Shown here: one piece after another, positions 12,901-25,225 of the stretch
How the letters are laid out: each line of letters begins with the position of its first letter
Position numbering within the stretch: position 1 is the first letter of the stretch
Origin: Cyanophora paradoxa CCMP329
Lineage: Eukaryota > Plantae > Glaucophyta
Assembly (NCBI GenBank): GCA_004431415.1
Contig: QPMI01000477.1
Span: 372,001-436,000, forward strand
Length of the DNA: 64,000 bases
Reading direction: 5' to 3'
Notes under the pieces: generated by a model
Told to the model about the DNA's origin: nothing
Database searches by the model: none
Seen by the model: only the letters and a program-made list of their open reading frames with translations
Translations under genes and position numbers: made by a program

Positions 12901-13818
12901 GCCTGTACGGGACGGGCAAGCCGACTGAGCGCGCCTACGTCTTCAAGGTCCGTCCGCGCACCGCACGCTGCCAGGCCTAGGGCCCGTCCCCCGCCGAAGG
13001 CTGGGGCCTAGGGCCCGCCCCCCGCCCAAGGCTGAGGTCTATATATAGCTAGGGCCCGCCCCGCGGATCGAATTCGAATCTCCCGGAGCGCTTCTTGAGG
13101 GCTGATCATGGGCGCGTTGCTGTGCAGGGCCAGGCGAGCCCCAAGGCGGAGGAGGTGAGCGGCGAGGAGGACGCGCACCCCGTCAGCTACCAGATCGACT
13201 ACAGGTTCGAATCCGAGCCCGCCCCTTCCCTCTTCTCTCTCGTGATCCTAGCCCCGCCGTAAACAGCGTGCACGACGCGGGGGCGAACCTCTCGTACGGG
13301 GTGCTCTCGGGGGACGGGGACGGGACGGTGCCGCTCGTCTCGCTCGGCTTCGTGTGCCGGCGGGCGTGGCGTACCCCCGCGCTGAACCCGGCGGGCATCC
13401 CCGTGACGACCAAGGAGTACACCGACCTCGACGTCCGCTCGGGGCCCCTCGCCGCCGCCCACGGTCCGCCCGGGGCCCGGCCCGCCCGGGGCCAATCGAT
13501 TTATAATTAAGCTGTTAAATTTAAACTTGGCCGACGTAGACTTATCTCTTCTTGGTCCTCCTCAAGCTTAAGCTTAGGCATTTTTGCTCGAGCCTCCGAG
13601 CTTAAAACTCTGTAGAATCTCTGGCCTCGAATCTAGATCTACGCCCTCCTCCGCCGCGCCTCTGACGCCCCCCCCCCCCCCCCCGCGCCGCAGTGGACAT
13701 CCTGGGGAACCGGGAGCTGCTGCGGGACGTGCTGCTGGTGGCGGCGGGGCGCGGGGAGGAGGTGCAGGAGCGCGTCGCCTCCGACATCGACGCCGTCGCC
13801 GCCCGCGTCCAGCTCTAG
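9946..13818 (+). CDS. PDAT: Phospholipid:diacylglycerol acyltransferase (LCAT family, PDAT/LRO1-like)
   Basis: Basic N-terminus and TM segment, then HPVFLVPGIVSTGLELW, FRQRMWG, CWLKHLEL, GLDPEGIKLRAAVGLEAADWF, ENLADLGYD, YDWRL, lipase motif AHSMG, GVPKA, KIYCLYGTGKPTERAY, GDGDGTVPLVSLG and AAAH/VDILGN. Confidence 0.94.
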
Positions 13819-14289
13819 CCCTGCGAGCGGAGCCCGCGGGCCCCCGGGGCCCGTCGGGGCTACGCTAGCGCTGTGATGCGATTGTAACAGTCAGAATCTC
13901 TTCTTTCAATTAAATACCATCGCCCCGGCCCGGCGACCCCGTTGGCAAAACTTGGCAAAACTTGGTCACCCCCGGCCCCCGTTGGAAGGGGGGAGGCGGG
14001 AGGAGGAGGGGGGAAGGAAGGGGGGGGGGGGGGAGGGGGGGGGAGGCAGCTAGCTAGCAACAAACGACGACGCAGCCTCGTTCAGACCGACAATTGCAAG
14101 CGACGCCGCCGCCTCGTGCTCGGCGATCAGCGCTTGCACGTTTTTTGCGTGCTCTATCGAGCAGCCCGTGAGCAGGGCGATGTCGTACGGGCTCTCTCTG
14201 CCGCTGAGCCTCAACTCCGCGACGCGCGGGGCGTCGCCTCTTAAAGTCTAGACCTCCGCGGTTCCGCGCCCGCGCCTCGAATCCATGCT

Positions 14290-14321
14290 CCCCTCCGCGG
14301 CCGGGCGCCTCTGACGCCCCC

Positions 14322-14358
<37 letters not shown>

Positions 14359-14676
14359 CGCCGCAGTGGACATCCTGGGGAACCGGGAGCTGCTGCGGGA
14401 CGTGCTGCTGGTGGCGGCGGGGCGCGGGGAGGAGGTGCAGGAGCGCGTCGCCTCCGACATCGACGCCGTCGCCGCCCGCGTCCAGCTCTAGCCCAGCGAG
14501 CCGAGCCCGCGGGCCCCCGGGGCCCGTCGGGGCTACGCTAGCGCTGTGATGTAACAGTCAGAATCTCTTCTGTCAATTAATTACCAAACTTGGTGGGGGG
14601 AGGGGGGAGGAGGAGGGGGGAAGTGGGGGGGGGGGGGGGGGACATCGACGCCGTCGCCGCCCGCGTCCAGCTCTAG
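14290..14676 (+). repeat. Tandem re-copies of the PDAT terminal exon: full copy at 14367-14491 with acceptor and 3' flank, partial copy at 14641-14676
   Basis: The sequence tggacatcctggggaaccgggag...cagctctag matches 13694-13818, and the flanking poly-C acceptor and 3' UTR are also repeated. Confidence 0.9.
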
Positions 14677-15187
14677 ATCGAATCCATTAGCTCAGGCCTA
14701 GGCCTAGGCCTAGGGCTAGCTAGCTATAGCGGCAGCGCGGGCCTCTATCGATATCTTGTCGTTCAATTATGAACCCGAAGGCGATTAGGGGCCGCATTAG
14801 TATCGAAACGCTAATGCGGAGTCCGGACTCCGGAATCCGGATCCCGCGCGCCGCCTCCGCGGCCGATCGCGAGCCTCGAAGCCTGGACTCGTGGAGTCGG
14901 AGGCTCTCGCCGTGAGTCGATCATGATCATGATCACGATTCACGACGCCGACCGTCGGACGCTGCGCTGCTCTGACCGTCGGACAATGTACACGTGCGGA
15001 AGGCTCTCAGGAATTCGAAGCCCGAATCTGCAGCTGCCCGAGAGAGCTTAAGCCCCCATGCAACTCCGCGGCCACGGCCACGGCCATCGGCCGCCGGAAA
15101 CGTTCCGGTCCGGCCGGCCGGCCGGGGGAAATTCGAAATTTCAAAACAATCATGTCACATATGAGAATTCGAATTGATTTGTTTTTC

Positions 15188-15406
15188 GTGAATTACCGGT
15201 CACAGTCTCTAGACACTAGCACTGCAGGCTGCATGCGGGGGCCGCCCACTGGGCCAGGGGCACTACAGGACAAGATCAAGATAAATCACAGGAAGCAGAC
15301 AACCGCAAGTAAGAGGAACAACGTTAACATGTACAAATTAAAACGAAGAGGAGGCGGTGAGGCGGAGGTGAAGGCCTAGGGGAACGACGTGCAAGAGCAG
15401 AGCTAG
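15188..15406 (-). mobile_element. Short, internally deleted copy of the poly(A)-tailed element at 51.2 kb
   Basis: gtgaattaccggtcacagtctctagacactagcactgc matches 51239-51276, and aagataaatcacaggaag...caagtaagaggaacaac...gaggcggagg...gcagagcta matches about 51533-51623. Confidence 0.7.
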
Positions 15407-15502
15407 TACTACTTATAATTTCGTACATGCGCGCCGATGGCTTATTTATAGCCACGCGCACGGGGCGCCGACTCGCGACGCTAGTGGAGGCTGCAGCCGG
15501 CC

Positions 15503-17007
15503 CTAGAGGAGCGGGGCGGCGTGGCGGTCGGCGAGGGCCGGCTCGTCCGCGAGGCCGTACCCGTCCGCCCCGTCGCCCCCCGCCCCGAGCGCCTCCGCCA
15601 GCGCCCCGTCCTCCGTCCCACCCTGCAGCAGGGAGTTCATGATCAGTTGGGGGTGGCTATAGGATGCCGGGGTGGCCAGGGGGGTGGGAAGGAGAGGGGA
15701 GGGGACGGCGGAGTGAAGGGGGGGGGGGGGGGGGGGGGGCGGGGGGAGGGGGAGGGAGGGGCGGCGCGAAAGAGGGCATGGAGGTTGAGCGCGGAAGCGG
15801 TGAAACGGGGGATGGGTTGCGGGTGCCGGGACCACGGCGGCTTGGAGGGTGCACGTGTACGTAGAGTGGATCTTGTCGAAAGGGGGGGGGGGGGGAGGGG
15901 GAGGGGGGGGGGTTGCGGACCTCGAGGGCGGGGGCGGCATCGTCCGCACCAGCGTCGACGTCCTCCGCGTCCGCCGTGTACACGATAAATGTACCCGAGT
16001 CCAGCTCGAAGTTCCAGGCCGGCCTCGCCGCCTTGACGCTGGACGTTGCCGCTTGGCCCGGAAGGATGGCGAGCATGTTGGGGCCGGAGCCCCCCGCGCC
16101 GGAACCCGGGCCCCCCACGTCCGGAATACGCGGGAGCTGAACGGAGTAGGAGGTTGAATATCCGGTATCGTCCACGGGCCGAAGCAGCTCCGCCAAGAGA
16201 TCTGGCTCCGGCGCTTCCCACTCGTCGTAAATCGGCAGAGGGGCCGGCGCTGGAGCGACTGCGTTGCCGGCTGGCATCGCGATCGGCGGGGCGCGGGCGG
16301 GTGGCATCGGTGCCTTGACAGGCGCTCCTGGACCATTATAGAGATGACCTGTTGCCGCACGGCGAGTGCGCATCAACGCAATGTACATCGATTGCAACAA
16401 GCGAGGCTGCTTAACGTGCCTTTGCAGTCCATTTCAAATTGCCGATAAACATGGTTGTCGTGCGTTGGAGGGTCGGCTTTGCAGCAGTGAACCTTTTTTT
16501 CAACCACGTCTTTTCCTCGCACTTTCTGCGCGAGGTAAATGACTGTAAATCACCAGAAACAAACTCGCCGAGCATATAGGAATCGACGAACGCTAGAGAA
16601 AAGTTCTACGAAAGCCGATTTTGATCCTGCAAAGACACAGTAAGGAAGCGAAAGTGATGCGGATGCATCGATCTTGCGATTTAAAGATTGGGCGCCCGCG
16701 TACACGTACCTGCTGGGCAGCAAAGGCCCGCTCGTACCTCCGCAGGACCGTACATTGGCACCGAAGACTTTCCAACCTATCAAGACTTGAACACGATGCG
16801 CGAAGGTACAGAAGAGGTATGTGCACGTACAACTTTCACGATGTATTTGAATGTTGTATCATCGGCGCCACCCATGCCGGCCAGCGGCGCAGCAGTCGTA
16901 TTGTAGATGTGGACGCCGCCATGGAGCCGGCATTCCTGTTCAGTTTTGACGTCGGGGAACTTGCATACCGCCGGTGCATCTGCTTCAACAGAACTTGTGC
17001 AGCCCAT
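15503..17007 (-). CDS. Hypothetical protein with an N-terminal MGCTSS dual-acylation motif; exon structure uncertain
   Basis: gccacgATGGGCTGCACAAGTTCT at 17007. Exon-like segments MGCTSSVEADAPAVCKFPD...FKYIVKV, IYLAQKVRGKDVVEKKVHCCKADPP..., a Pro-rich segment and an acidic end with a stop at 15503 are bounded by GT/GC..AG. Confidence 0.4.
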
Positions 17008-17714
17008 CGTGGCGACTGAGCCTGCGCATGCTTCAGCTTTTTCAGCTAAAAGCTTTGACAACACCATGCATCATGCACAGCAGGCAGCTCACCAGGTCAG
17101 AGTCGAGCTTGCTCGAGCTCGGTCCTACGCTCAAGATCCTGGAGCTCCGAGCTGGCAAGTCCTCCGCGAGCGACCCTGAGGCGAGTCCGACAGTCCGACA
17201 GTCTGGGAGTCTGGGACGTGTTGTGGCGAGTCCGACGGTCTGGGACATGTACATGTAGAAGCAGGACCGACGTCAGCATCCGATGATCAGGGCATGTACG
17301 TGGCCGCGCGCGCGACGCACCGTACGCGTGGCGACAGGCGCTCCCGACCAGGCTGCTCTGCAGCTGACCCCCTCGAGCTCCGACAAGTCGATTACCAGGT
17401 CAAGCTTAAGGAGCACTAGTACTGTCTGCGGCCAGCTGCAGCACCACAGCAGTGCGCTCAGTGCGCTGGGCAGGCTATCCAGATCCGGGGGATCCTGAAT
17501 CCTGAATCCTGATACAGTACCGGTACCAGGCTACCAGCCGTAAGTTCCGCCCGTAACCAGCGCTCCGACATCGCCGAGCTCGAGTCGACTCGCTTCAAGC
17601 TCCGACTAGTACTCGAGCTCGATTACCAGGTCAAGGGTACAGTAAAGTTTACCAGACCTAGGGTACAGATGAGTTCATTTTTTTCATTCGAGGGCCTGTG
17701 GCGCGCTAGCGCTA

Positions 17715-17944
17715 CCGTGTAATACTTAATTACCGCGCTGACATAACTACTGCGCTACCATATTACTGCGCTCAAAATTTTTAGAACGCAGTAATTTGGT
17801 AGCGCAGTATTGCCCCCTTTGCTTACAAATAATGCGTTTTCGAGGCCGATGGAACGCAGTAATTTGGTAGCGCAGTAAAGCGCCTACCAGCGCAGAAAAT
17901 TTGGAACGCAGTAATTTGTGGCGCAGTAAATAAGTATTACACGG
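17715..17944. mobile_element. MITE (Tc1/mariner/pogo-type), 230 bp, TA target duplication
   Basis: TA|CCGTGTAATACTTAATTAC ... GTAAATAAGTATTACACGG|TA terminal inverted repeats, with internal repeats of gaacgcagtaatttggtagcgcagta. Confidence 0.85.
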
Positions 17945-18053
17945 TAGCTCTGTACGCCAGCATCTTGCTGCGCTCTTCTCCGCCGGCGCCGTCGTCAAAC
18001 ACGCCCCTCGAGTTCACAGCGTTCACGCATCCGCGGCGGCTCGTGCCGCAGAT

Positions 18054-19016
18054 ATGCGCTCAGCCGAGAAGCTCGTCGAGGTCGAGACCGTCCCCGCGCG
18101 CGCGCGGTCGTACGATGATCGTCCGCCCGGCCCCGGCGCCGGCCCGCGGCCGCGGCCGTCCCCGTCGAGATCTAGACGTCGACGGTCCGCGCCGCGCGCG
18201 CCGGCCGCGCTCCCCTCTCGCGATCGCTCCTGCACTGAGCTCGAGGGAGCGACGCCAGGTTTTCCGCGAGCTCGTGCCCTGCCCCGTCGAGGTCCGCCGG
18301 CGCCGGGCCGACGGGCGCGGCCGCTCTTTCAATTAATATTGCAACACGCCCGCGGCCGTCTGTCCGGCGCCTCTGCAGGTGCCCGCGCACACTGAATCGG
18401 TGAAGGTGCGCGAGAAGATCGCGGTGGTGCGCCAAGCCCGCCGTGCTTCCCGCGCGAGCGTACGCTGACGGGCCTCGGGCGGGCGCCGGCGCGCGCACGC
18501 AGGTGGACAGGCCCGTCGAGCAGCGCATCGAGGTCCAGGTCCCCATCGAAGTGCCGGCCCCCTACGAGGTCCCCCGCCCGCCCCGCCCCGCCCCGCTCCT
18601 TGCCGCGTTTCGCCCCGCCCCGGCGCGGCCGGCGCCGAGCAGCGGGGGGCGCAGGTCCGGGTGCCGTTCCGCGAGGAGGTGAACATCATCCGCGAGATCG
18701 AGAAGCCCGTGCCGTTCGAGGTCCCGCGGGATGTGCGCCCCGGCCCACCCCGCCCGCCCGCCCCCGCCTGCCTGGCGGCTCTCCGATGGCTCACGCCCCC
18801 TTTCAGGTCGGCGCGAGGTGCGGCTCCCGTACGAGGTGGTGAACCGCGTCGTGGAGCAGATCGTCGAGACGCGCGAGGTCGGGCCCGCCGCAGGCTCGGA
18901 GAAGGCCAGTGCCGCCGGGTGCTCACAGACCCGCGCAGGTGCCGGTCGAGAAGGTCGTGTTCCAGCTGCAGAACGTCGTCACTGAGAAGATCGTCGAGAA
19001 GCCCGTCCCCGTCGAG
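18054..19016 (+). CDS. Epiplastin/articulin/alveolin-like cortical protein (V/E/P/K repeat exons); may be a fragment or pseudogene
   Basis: Successive short exons VFRELVPCPVE, VDRPVEQRIEVQVPIEVPAPYE, VRVPFREEVNIIREIEKPVPFEVPRD, RREVRLPYEVVNRVVEQIVETRE and VPVEKVVFQLQNVVTEKIVEKPVPVE. There is an apparent in-frame TAG at about 18172 and no clear termini. Confidence 0.65.
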
Positions 19017-20057
19017 GCGAGCGAGCGCTCCCGCTACGCTACGCTCGGCTTTAGGTCTCCGGTCCCGCCCGCTCAGCTCTAGAACGCGCCCGTGGGCCGT
19101 GGTGCGCCAAAACCCTTCTCCAGGTGGCCGGAGAAGCCCTGCTGCGACCAGCCTCGGTCGCCTTTTTCAGGGCCCCCCGCCCCCGGCTCGGTCAGGGCTA
19201 CTCATGCATTGGCAAGGGCCGACTCGGCGAGATACCTTCCCTCGGCCGTCCAGATAACTTGCCTTGCCGCGACAGATTGCATTGCGGTTCGCGACGGAAT
19301 GAAGCGGAGCCCAGTACCCCCCGGGCTTGCTACGTCCCCCCCCCCTCCCCCCCTCTCCCTCCCCTTCCCCACGGCCCTTCGCGGGCCCCCTCCAACCCTC
19401 CGGCCTTCACAAATGTTTGCCGGAGTCTTCTCCCGGACCACGCCAACTGATGACGCAAGGCCCGTCGTAGGGGAGTTGGGGGGCAGCGGCCCCCCGCCGG
19501 GCCCCCGGGCTGGGCTCCGGATCCAGCCTAGTGGGCTTGGGCCTAGCCTAGTAGTATGCAAGATCGTCAAACCGATGATCGCGTCGGATGCATTCACTAA
19601 TTTACGTATACACGTATGAAGTACAAAGACACTGAGGTCGTCTCTCAACAGGGAGCTCAACACTCACTACCTTGCGGCTTTTCTAATTTAATTAGTACAT
19701 AACGCGCGGGGGTGCGCGCGGGTCTTATACTGAACATCGCAATTAAGCTGTATACAAAGAGATCAAGGTGGTCCTTGCTTCAAATCTGCAAAATTCGGAA
19801 ACCTGAGTGGGCTGAGAGCCCGCCTGCCGGAAACACGCTGAAAACAACTGCCTGGAACGGAAAGCTTACTATACAGCCAAAAGCTCAAGTGTCGAGTAGA
19901 GTAGTGTACAGGCGCACGGCCGTGGAGAAATCTAGTGTACAAGGCTCGACGATAGTATCGTTCTAGCCGAGGAAAGGAAAGGGGACAGCTATGGCACAGA
20001 AGACGAAAGGGCTTGAAGAAGGGTCCGGAAACGCGTAGAAGCTGCGGGGCTCATAAT

Positions 20058-21095
20058 CACCAGGACCAGAAGCGGAGCTGCATCTCGGTGGACTCCTCCG
20101 CCACCGTCTCGAGGAGTGTGCGTGCGGGGCGGCCGTCGCCGCAGCCGTCCCCGTCGCCGTCGTCGCCGTCCGGGCCCGGGCCGCGCCCGCCGGGCCGCCC
20201 GAGCCGCGGCCCGGGCGGTCGCTCAGGAGGCGGCGGGCGCGCTGGCGGGGGGGGAAGACGGCCCGCGCGGGGGCCGAGCCCGAGAGGAAGGCGCCGACGG
20301 GCTCCAGGGCGAGGGCCCGCGCGACCGCGAAGTCGGCGCGGGCGCGCCCGAAGAGCGTGATCGCCGCGCCGCTCTTGATGGCGGCTGCGCCCAGGACAGC
20401 CCAGAAGGCGTTGGCGGCCGGCTGGGAGAGGGCCGCGCTGGCAGCGAAGGCGGGCACGCCGGCTGCGCGCGCGCGCGCGCGGATCAGATCGCGCGATCGA
20501 ATTCTAGGACGGGACGAAGCGTCGCCGCACCGGCCAGGATGAGCTTGGCGAGAGCGGTCAGGGCGAACCGGAGGGTGGCGCAGAGCACGGCGGCGAATCC
20601 GACGGCCTCGCCGTTGAAGAACCAGCGGCCGCCAACGAACTGCATGAGCCGGCCGTCCCGGAACTGGATCCGGACCTCCCGGCCGGCCTCGCCGACGGGA
20701 ATGTGGCCGAGCGGGGAGAACTCAGGCGCTGCGGCGGCGGCCGCTGCGAGGGCGCCTTCGGCCTCCGCCGCCTCGTCGGCAGCGGCGTCGTCAGCCTCGG
20801 TCTGGTTGCTCGGAATGCCGGCGGTCACGGCGATGACCTGAGGGCACCGAACGAACGGCCGCGATGCTGCACGCGGTTCTGACAGCTTGCTGACGGGCCG
20901 GCGCCGAGCCATTGCGGCATTTTCTTTCTCTCCGATGTAGAACTTCCGCCGCGGCTGCGTAGTCGCCGCCGGCGCGGCGTGCGCCGGTCGCAGCCGCCGC
21001 CGGCCGATTGGTTCCGGCGGCACCAGAGAGCTCGGCAGCGCCGCGCGGCCTGCCGCCGGCAAGGAAGAGATGAAAGTCAGAATGCGGTCACTCAT
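20058..21095 (-). CDS. Hypothetical membrane protein with a putative organellar (plastid-type) transit peptide; 3' end uncertain
   Basis: MSDRILTFISSLPAA...RRKFYIG (S/A/R-rich with an early Phe), an acidic linker, GREVRIQFRDGRLMQFVGGRWFFNGEAV, then hydrophobic helices across a GT-AG intron at about 20463-20530. Confidence 0.45.
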
Positions 21096-21730
21096 CTTTC
21101 TGGCTTTGCAGCTGCTGAACCTGCCCCGCGCCAATGATGTCAGAAGTTGCAAGACGAGCGGTCTTTAGAGGGCGGCGCGCGGCGCTCAGCGGCAGGCGCG
21201 GAAACTAGCGGGGAGCGATGCTCTGCGCCTACTTCGACGCACCGCGCGGTCCTGGGCCCTTGGCCGCTCGGTTGTCAATGATGCCACCCCGCTTATGTAC
21301 CCCACAGAGCGCCGCGGCAATCGTACCCCGGCCCCGCTAAGCGGTGAGCTTTGAGCGCCCGGCCCGGCGGCCGCCATCGCCAATATTCAATGGGTGCACT
21401 GCGGCATGCGCGCAGTCAGATTTCTGAATTGTCTCTCACACGTGCACAAGGGACAACGCGCCCTAGGCCTTAGCGCACACGCGTACGCATGCGCCCTAGC
21501 TAAGGCCTTGGCGCACGGCTCCGCTGCTATAGCTAGCTAAAAACGACTCGAAGTCGGCGCTTTCGATCGCTATACGAAAACGGGTGCGAGATGCAGTTTC
21601 CATTTAGACATGTACAGCTACCTAAGATCTAGAGAACGATGCTGCTCCAACGATGCTATGCTAGAGCGCCCGGTGCGGGCACTGCGTGCGCCAACGAAAG
21701 GAAAGCTCGACCACACAATGCGTACTAAAT

Positions 21731-24700
21731 CTAAAGAGACTGCGAAGAGCGTTCAAAGCGGGGGCAGCGATTGCGAAAGACAGTTCGCCGCGCCGCGCTC
21801 AAAGCCTGTCTAGACTCGCGAGGGAAGACCACGGGAGGGAAGGGAAGAGGGGGGGGCGGGGGCGGGCGGCGCTCAGGCGCCGGCGGCGGCGAGGGCGGCG
21901 GCGACGCCGGCGCGGGGCGCGGGAGGGCGGCGAGGAGGCCGCGCAGGGCGACCAGCTCCGCCTCCGCCGCCGACTGCTCCCGCCGCGCCCCCGCCAGCGC
22001 CTCCCGCGCCGCCCCTCCGCCTCCTCGGCCGCCGCGCGGGCGGCGCGCAGGGCGGGCAGGGCCGCCGCCGCCGCCTCCCGCCGCGCCGCCGCCGCGACGG
22101 CCGCCGAGGAGAAAAGGCCGGGCAGGGCGGACAGGAGCTCGTCGCGGATGGCGGTGCAGGGCCCGCGGAGGGCCTCGGCGAGGGCGGCGCCGTCCACCAC
22201 GTGTCCCGCGACGTCGACGACCTCTGCCACGTCGCGGAGGCGCTGAGCCGCCTGCAGCTGCAGCGCCGGCCGCGTCCGCTCCTCGTGGCGCACGCGCGTC
22301 TCCTGCAGGGCCGGTTAGCGGCGAGAGGGGGGGCGCACGGAGCGCGGAGGGCGGCGTGAGCGCCGCACCGTGCGCGTGGTCTGCTCCTCCTGCAGGACCT
22401 GGACGGTCTCGACGACGGTGCGCTCGACGGGGACGGCGATCATGCCGGGGCCCGGCGCGCCGGCGCCGCCCTCGCCGCCGGACAGGGCGTCGGTGACGGC
22501 GCCGAGGCCGGCGAGGAAGGGGACGGCGGGCGGGAAGAGGAAGCCGGCGATGGGCGCGAGGACGGCGAAGGGGTTGAAGCCGCCGCCGCCGCGCGGCTGC
22601 GGCGCCGGCACGTGCTCCACGCCCATCACGCGGCGCTCGCGCTGCTCCTCGCCGATGTGGAACACTGCGGGGCGCGATCAGATCAGATCGGATCGGATCG
22701 GATCAGATCAGATCTGAGGGGCCGGGCGCCGCGTACCCGTGTGCGGGACCTCCTCCTGGTACGGGACGGGTACGAGGTAGGTCTCGGTGGTGGGGACGGC
22801 CGCCATGTAGTCCTCGGGACGCTGCACGACCTGCAGCTCCTGCCGCGCCGCCGGGCGCACGGCGGCAGCGCCGGGCACGGGCTGCAGGTCCCGGGCACGC
22901 CCGGCGAGCCAGCGGCGCGCCTCCGCCTCCGCGGCGCGCCCGACGGCCTCCTCGGCGGCCTTCGCCGCGGCCTCCGCGGCCTCGCGCGAAAGCAGCTCCA
23001 GCGAAGCCTCCGCGGAGGAGCCGGCAAGCTTTGCGAAGCGCGCGGCGGCGTTGCCGGCGAGCCGGGCCATGGCGCCCCTCAGGAAGCCCGAGGCGGCCTC
23101 GGCGGCGGCGCGGGCCGCGCGGGCCGCCTCGTCCTCCGAGGGCGGGGCCTGCCCCGGGCGCTCGGCGCGGTCGCGGAGGGCCCGAGAAGCGCGTCGACGG
23201 CCGCCTTCGCCGCGTCGAAGTCGGCGACGGTCTCCGCGCTGCCGAAGGCCCCGCGAGGAGCGCCGCGCGGGCGGCGAGCGCCTGCGCCGCGTCGCGGTGG
23301 CCGGCCAGCATCGCGCGGACGGCCTCGGTGGCCGCCTCCACGTGGACCTGGAGCGGGCCCGCGAGCTCCGGGTGGCGCGCCGCCTCCTCGAGCGCCCGAA
23401 GAACGTTCCACCCCAGAAGCTCCGCCCGGCCGCCGCCGCCGGGGACGGGACGGCGGCGGCGGTGGCCTCGGCCTCGCGGCCTGCGGGCGTGCAGGCGTCA
23501 GCCGGCGCCGCGGAGGGCGCGGCGGGGGCGCTCACCGCGCGCGACGGCCAGGGCCCGCTCCTTCTCGCCGGCGGCCGCCTCCGCCGCCGCCGCCTCGCCC
23601 GAGACCGCGTCGAAGAGCGCCTTCACGCCCTGCGCCGCCCGCGTCGGTCGGGGCGCAGGGGCGCCGCGCGCCGAGCCGCGCGCACCTCGGCGAGGGGCGC
23701 GAGGCCGGAGCGGAGGCGGCCGGCGGCGGCGTCGACGAGGAGCGCGCGGTTCTGCACCACCGTCGCCACCAGCCGCGCCTCCAGCGCCGGCAGGCCGCTC
23801 TGCGCCGCCCCGCAAGTCGGCCGCGCCGCCCGAGAACGAAAACCGAGGCCGAACCTCCATCAAAATGTGCTCGGCATAGGCGCGCAGCTCCGGCGCCTGG
23901 GTCTGCGCCCACTGCTCGCCGAACCGATCCGCAAACAGCTCGTCCTTCTCGTTGGCAGTCGCCTCGCCGGCGAGGAAGCGGCGGGCGAGCAGCGCCTTGC
24001 GCCCCGCCACGCACACCACCGCCCCCTCCGGCACCTCCACCTGCCCCCCGTCAGCCCCGCCCCGAACATGCGGCCCGGGCCCCCGGCGCCCCGCACCCCG
24101 GTCTCCGTGCGCAGCATCCGCACGACGCGCGCCGGCACGTCCGCCGGCTTGAGACCCCCCTCCTCCGCAGGGCGGTACTGGTCGATCTGCGCCCGCCGCG
24201 TGAGGCGGCGCCGCGGGCGCCGCGGGCGGGCCCCGCGCGCCTTGTTTACGACGACGACGATGCGGTCCGTGAGGTCGGGCCGCTCGCGCAGCAGATCCCC
24301 GAGCCTCCTGAACGCCTCCGCGTTGGCCAGGTCGGTGTACGAGAGCACGAACACCACGAAGTCGCTCCGCGCCCCCGCCCCCGCCGTCTCCCGCGCCAGG
24401 TGCCCCGCCCCGGCCTCCCCGACGCCTGCCGGCCCGCCCCGCGTCAGCAACGCCCGCCGAGCGCGCGGCCGCCGACCGCCCGCACCGGCGCAGTCGAGGA
24501 GCCGGAATCGCACGCCGGGCACCGCGGCGCTGCCCCGCGCCGCGAAGCCGATGCTCGCCTCCACGCGCAGCTCCATCTCTGCAGCCGGCGTCACGCCCGG
24601 GCCAAGCGGTGCCCCGAACGGCGCCCCGGCACGCGCACCGCGCATCTCCCTCGCCTTGGCGCCAGTTCGATCCTCGCGGGCATCCTCCGACATCTTCTTG

Positions 24701-25225
24701 AGACGCTTGTAGATCGGCCCGTCGCCCCTCTCGAGCTCGACGCGGGTCCCGCCTTGCAGGCCAGTCAGGACGGGCGGTCCCGCCCGCTCGACATGCTCCA
24801 CCGCCGTCGGAACCGCCGACTCCGACTGCGGCACCCTGCGAGCCTCGCGTTAGGCCTGGATCCCATGGCCCCTGGCGGCCCGAGAGCGCGGGCGTACGCG
24901 GGCAGAACGACGGAGCCGACGAAGGCGTTGCAGAGAGTCGACTTGCCGACGTTCGTCGCGCCCAGGAGGATGACCATCGCGAGGAGCAGCTCGCACGCAG
25001 CCTGCAGAGCAGGAACGTGCACGACCAGGGCACCGGCCAGTGCAGTCTTCGCGGCCGCCGCGAGCGGCCCGTTGCAGAGAAGCTCGACGCGCTTCCGACC
25101 GCCGCGCGGACCAAGCCAGGCCTTCACGGGGGCCACGACCTCCTCTGCGCAGCCTGTCATCCAGCGCGCAACAACAACGCGAGCAGCGCTACAAGAAGCG
25201 CACCAAGAGTCCGATTGTCCGCCAT
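21731..25225 (-). CDS. Bacterial-type dynamin-like GTPase (CrfC/YjdA/BDLP-like), copy A
   Basis: MADNRTL/EEVVAPVK...; G1 LLGATNVGKSTLCNAFVGSVVLP (24937-24963); G2 SAVPTAVEH; G3 LLDCA/G; G4 VVVNK/ID; then SGLPALEARL, helical stalk, V/E/T-rich hairpin with a hydrophobic tip and a coiled-coil return. The stop position is approximate because of homopolymer indels. Confidence 0.8.

Noticed and set aside
19688-19725. Possible Helitron 3' end (cgcgcg hairpin followed by CTAA|T on the minus strand)
   Set aside because: The hairpin is short and common in this genome, and I found no matching 5' end or second copy in the window.
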